The notes below the pieces were generated by a model, which was not told the origin of the DNA, searched no databases, and was given only the letters and a program-made list of their open reading frames with translations. A stretch of 26,260 nucleotides of DNA from positions 1 through 26,260 of the IMG/VR virus record IMGVR_UViG_3300020045_005532. One strand, 5' to 3'. This DNA is from a virus. Lineage: Duplodnaviria; Caudoviricetes. Both the position numbers and the translations under genes were made by a program. Of this stretch, positions 24,703 through 26,260 are shown piece by piece (the stretch's first letter is position 1; every line of letters starts with the position of its first letter).

Positions 24703-25860
24703 TTAGCCGAGCAATAGAGCAGTCCACTCTGGCTTGATCAGCTTCACACCCCAAGCAGCAGAAATTTCATAGCGAACCATACGGTTGCCAGGATAGATTG
24801 CAAGCTCGAATGACATACCGGTACGAGGATCAACAATAGTACGAACATCAAGAGCCAAGTCGCCCTCTTCTGGACGCTCAGGTAAGCGAGTTGCCAGCAC
24901 GATAGCGTTACGGTTAAACGCCATATTGCGAGCGCTATTCGCAGACAGAGTGATGTTCGTAGCCGCAGCAGGAATTGCTTGGCGCAAGCCTGGAGCTGCA
25001 ATAGTAATAGTTCCGCCGTCAGCAACGCTTGAATCGCCAGACACGACAACATATTTTTCACTATCGCCAGAAATAGCGATAACATCGCCGGTCAAGATTG
25101 TACCAGTGCCCGCAGAAGCCAGAGTGATCACGGTAGCGCCAACGGCATATCCAGCGTTGTTGGTAGTGGCGGATGCGCCAGTACCTTTGGTGAATGTAAC
25201 GATTTGAGCTGATTCGCGAATGTCCATTCCAGAAACAGTTTCAAAAACACCTTGGCGCAAAATTGTGTCGGTGAATTCGGTTGCAGATGCTGCTTGCTTG
25301 CCAAGGAATTTTGCGCCTGCGCGAGTATTCAACACCAAGCTGTTATCGAATGTTGGTGGCGCGCCGTTGTCTTTCAGTACGCGCAATACTTCGGTAGCAT
25401 CGGTGTAGTCACCAGTGGTAGAAAAAGGAGTGTTGCCAGCGGTGCCGTAAGCGCGAGAAAAACCAACATGCAAAGCTGCTAAGTCGGCCTCCATTTCGTT
25501 TACAAGCTTGCGGATTGCTTGAGCGATTTGATTGACGCGAAGGTTGTTATAACCTGGGCCTGCGTTCATTTGGCCTTGTTCTTTACCGCTCCAGCTAAAT
25601 GGATAGCCGCGAGATTTGTTAATCACAACCTCAACGTTACCAATAGTTTGGTCAGCAGCAGCAGGGATAGACATTGCTGGGGCGATATCAAAACCAGCAG
25701 TGTTTTCAGGAACAATAGGAACGCGAACAGATTGGCCGGTAGGTGCTCGGTCAAATCGTGCGTCCATCATAACGGAAGGAATTAGGCCGGTAAGCTCGCG
25801 TGACACTTGGTCTACAGCGGCATAGGCATCGGGCAATAAGTCGGTAAGGGTGTTAGCCAT
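24703..25860 (-). CDS. Major capsid protein, P22 coat protein-like family
   Basis: 385 aa; MAN.LT.L.P..Y.A.D.VSREL.G.IP start, inserted beta domain (GTGTIL.GDVI..SGD..KYVV), NMAF.RNAI.LATR.P and WGVK.IKPE end. Confidence 0.9.
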   Translation of the reverse strand: MANTLTDLLPDAYAAVDQVSRELTGLIPSVMMDARFDRAPTGQSVRVPIVPENTAGFDIAPAMSIPAAADQTIGNVEVVINKSRGYPFSWSGKEQGQMNAGPGYNNLRVNQIAQAIRKLVNEMEADLAALHVGFSRAYGTAGNTPFSTTGDYTDATEVLRVLKDNGAPPTFDNSLVLNTRAGAKFLGKQAASATEFTDTILRQGVFETVSGMDIRESAQIVTFTKGTGASATTNNAGYAVGATVITLASAGTGTILTGDVIAISGDSEKYVVVSGDSSVADGGTITIAAPGLRQAIPAAATNITLSANSARNMAFNRNAIVLATRLPERPEEGDLALDVRTIVDPRTGMSFELAIYPGNRMVRYEISAAWGVKLIKPEWTALLLG

Positions 25861-25999
25861 TTTGTAAACCTCGGCATAAAAATTTAATTTTTAGCCAAGG
25901 CATAAAGAAAAAGTCCGCGCTTGGCAAAGATAGGAAAATCATCATTGCAAGTCACGGACTTGGGGCGATAAATCACGGATTTACTGCCACTTAAAACAA

Positions 26000-26028
26000 A
26001 GGTTAAACGTTATTTTATAACATGTCAA
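26000..26028 (-). promoter_or_regulatory. Putative sigma70 promoter upstream of major capsid gene
   Basis: Minus strand TTGACA (26028-26023), 17 bp, TAACCT (26005-26000). Confidence 0.65.
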
Positions 26029-26259
26029 TTAGTCAGCGTATTTTTCTCGCGAATCTTTGACGGATTTAAAATAGTCGGACTGATCACCGGGGTTCATTGC
26101 GTCAACTTGGGCGCGAGTCTTGAGCTTGTTGTTACCGCCACCTTGCCCGCCTGGGGAGCCTGCGCCGTTAGCGTTGCTGGCACGAATAAGCGATTTAAGA
26201 TAAGAAACCTTGCGTAACTCTTTTTCTAGGTCGTCAAGAGTTAGCGCCGTTTCGCGCCC
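26029..26259 (-). CDS. C-terminal part of capsid scaffolding protein (truncated by window edge, not in ORF track)
   Basis: Open frame GRETALTLDDLEKELRKVSYLKSLIRASNANGAGSPGGQGGGNNKLKTRAQVDAMNPGDQSDYFKSVKDSREKYAD-stop; Gly-rich tail and position before the capsid gene. Confidence 0.75.
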   Translation of the reverse strand, partial: GRETALTLDDLEKELRKVSYLKSLIRASNANGAGSPGGQGGGNNKLKTRAQVDAMNPGDQSDYFKSVKDSREKYAD

Positions 26260-26260
26260 A

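Noticed and set aside
25190-25201. GTGAATGTAACG, identical to the cassette-end motif
   Set aside because: Lies inside the capsid coding sequence (IVTFT) with no L boxes or partner arm; best explained by chance.

Overview
A 26 kb segment of a tailed (siphovirus-type) phage or prophage, probably of a gammaproteobacterium. Left arm (1-5473, + strand): small early/accessory genes (YopX, VRR-NUC, SutA-like/AP2 protein, HNH endonuclease, cupin-like, Lar-like). Right arm (8461-26260, - strand): late module with scaffold end, P22-coat-type major capsid, head-tail connectors, tail tube, frameshifted tail chaperones, tape measure, small tail-tip proteins, lysis cassette (holin candidates, DUF3380 muramidase, Rz with embedded Rz1), then a secreted poly-Ser protein and a large beta-helix-like protein. 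The most unusual element lies between the arms (about 5476-7209): an integron-like gene cassette array inside the phage. It has five 84-87 bp attC-like sites with canonical R''-L''-L'-R' architecture on the - strand, five single-gene cassettes whose two ends carry matching cassette-specific cores, and an attI-like simple site at the right end. All five cassette ORFs run opposite to the normal cassette orientation and sit between a putative phage promoter and a terminator. No integron integrase is present in the window. All family assignments are from motif recognition by eye; no searches were run.
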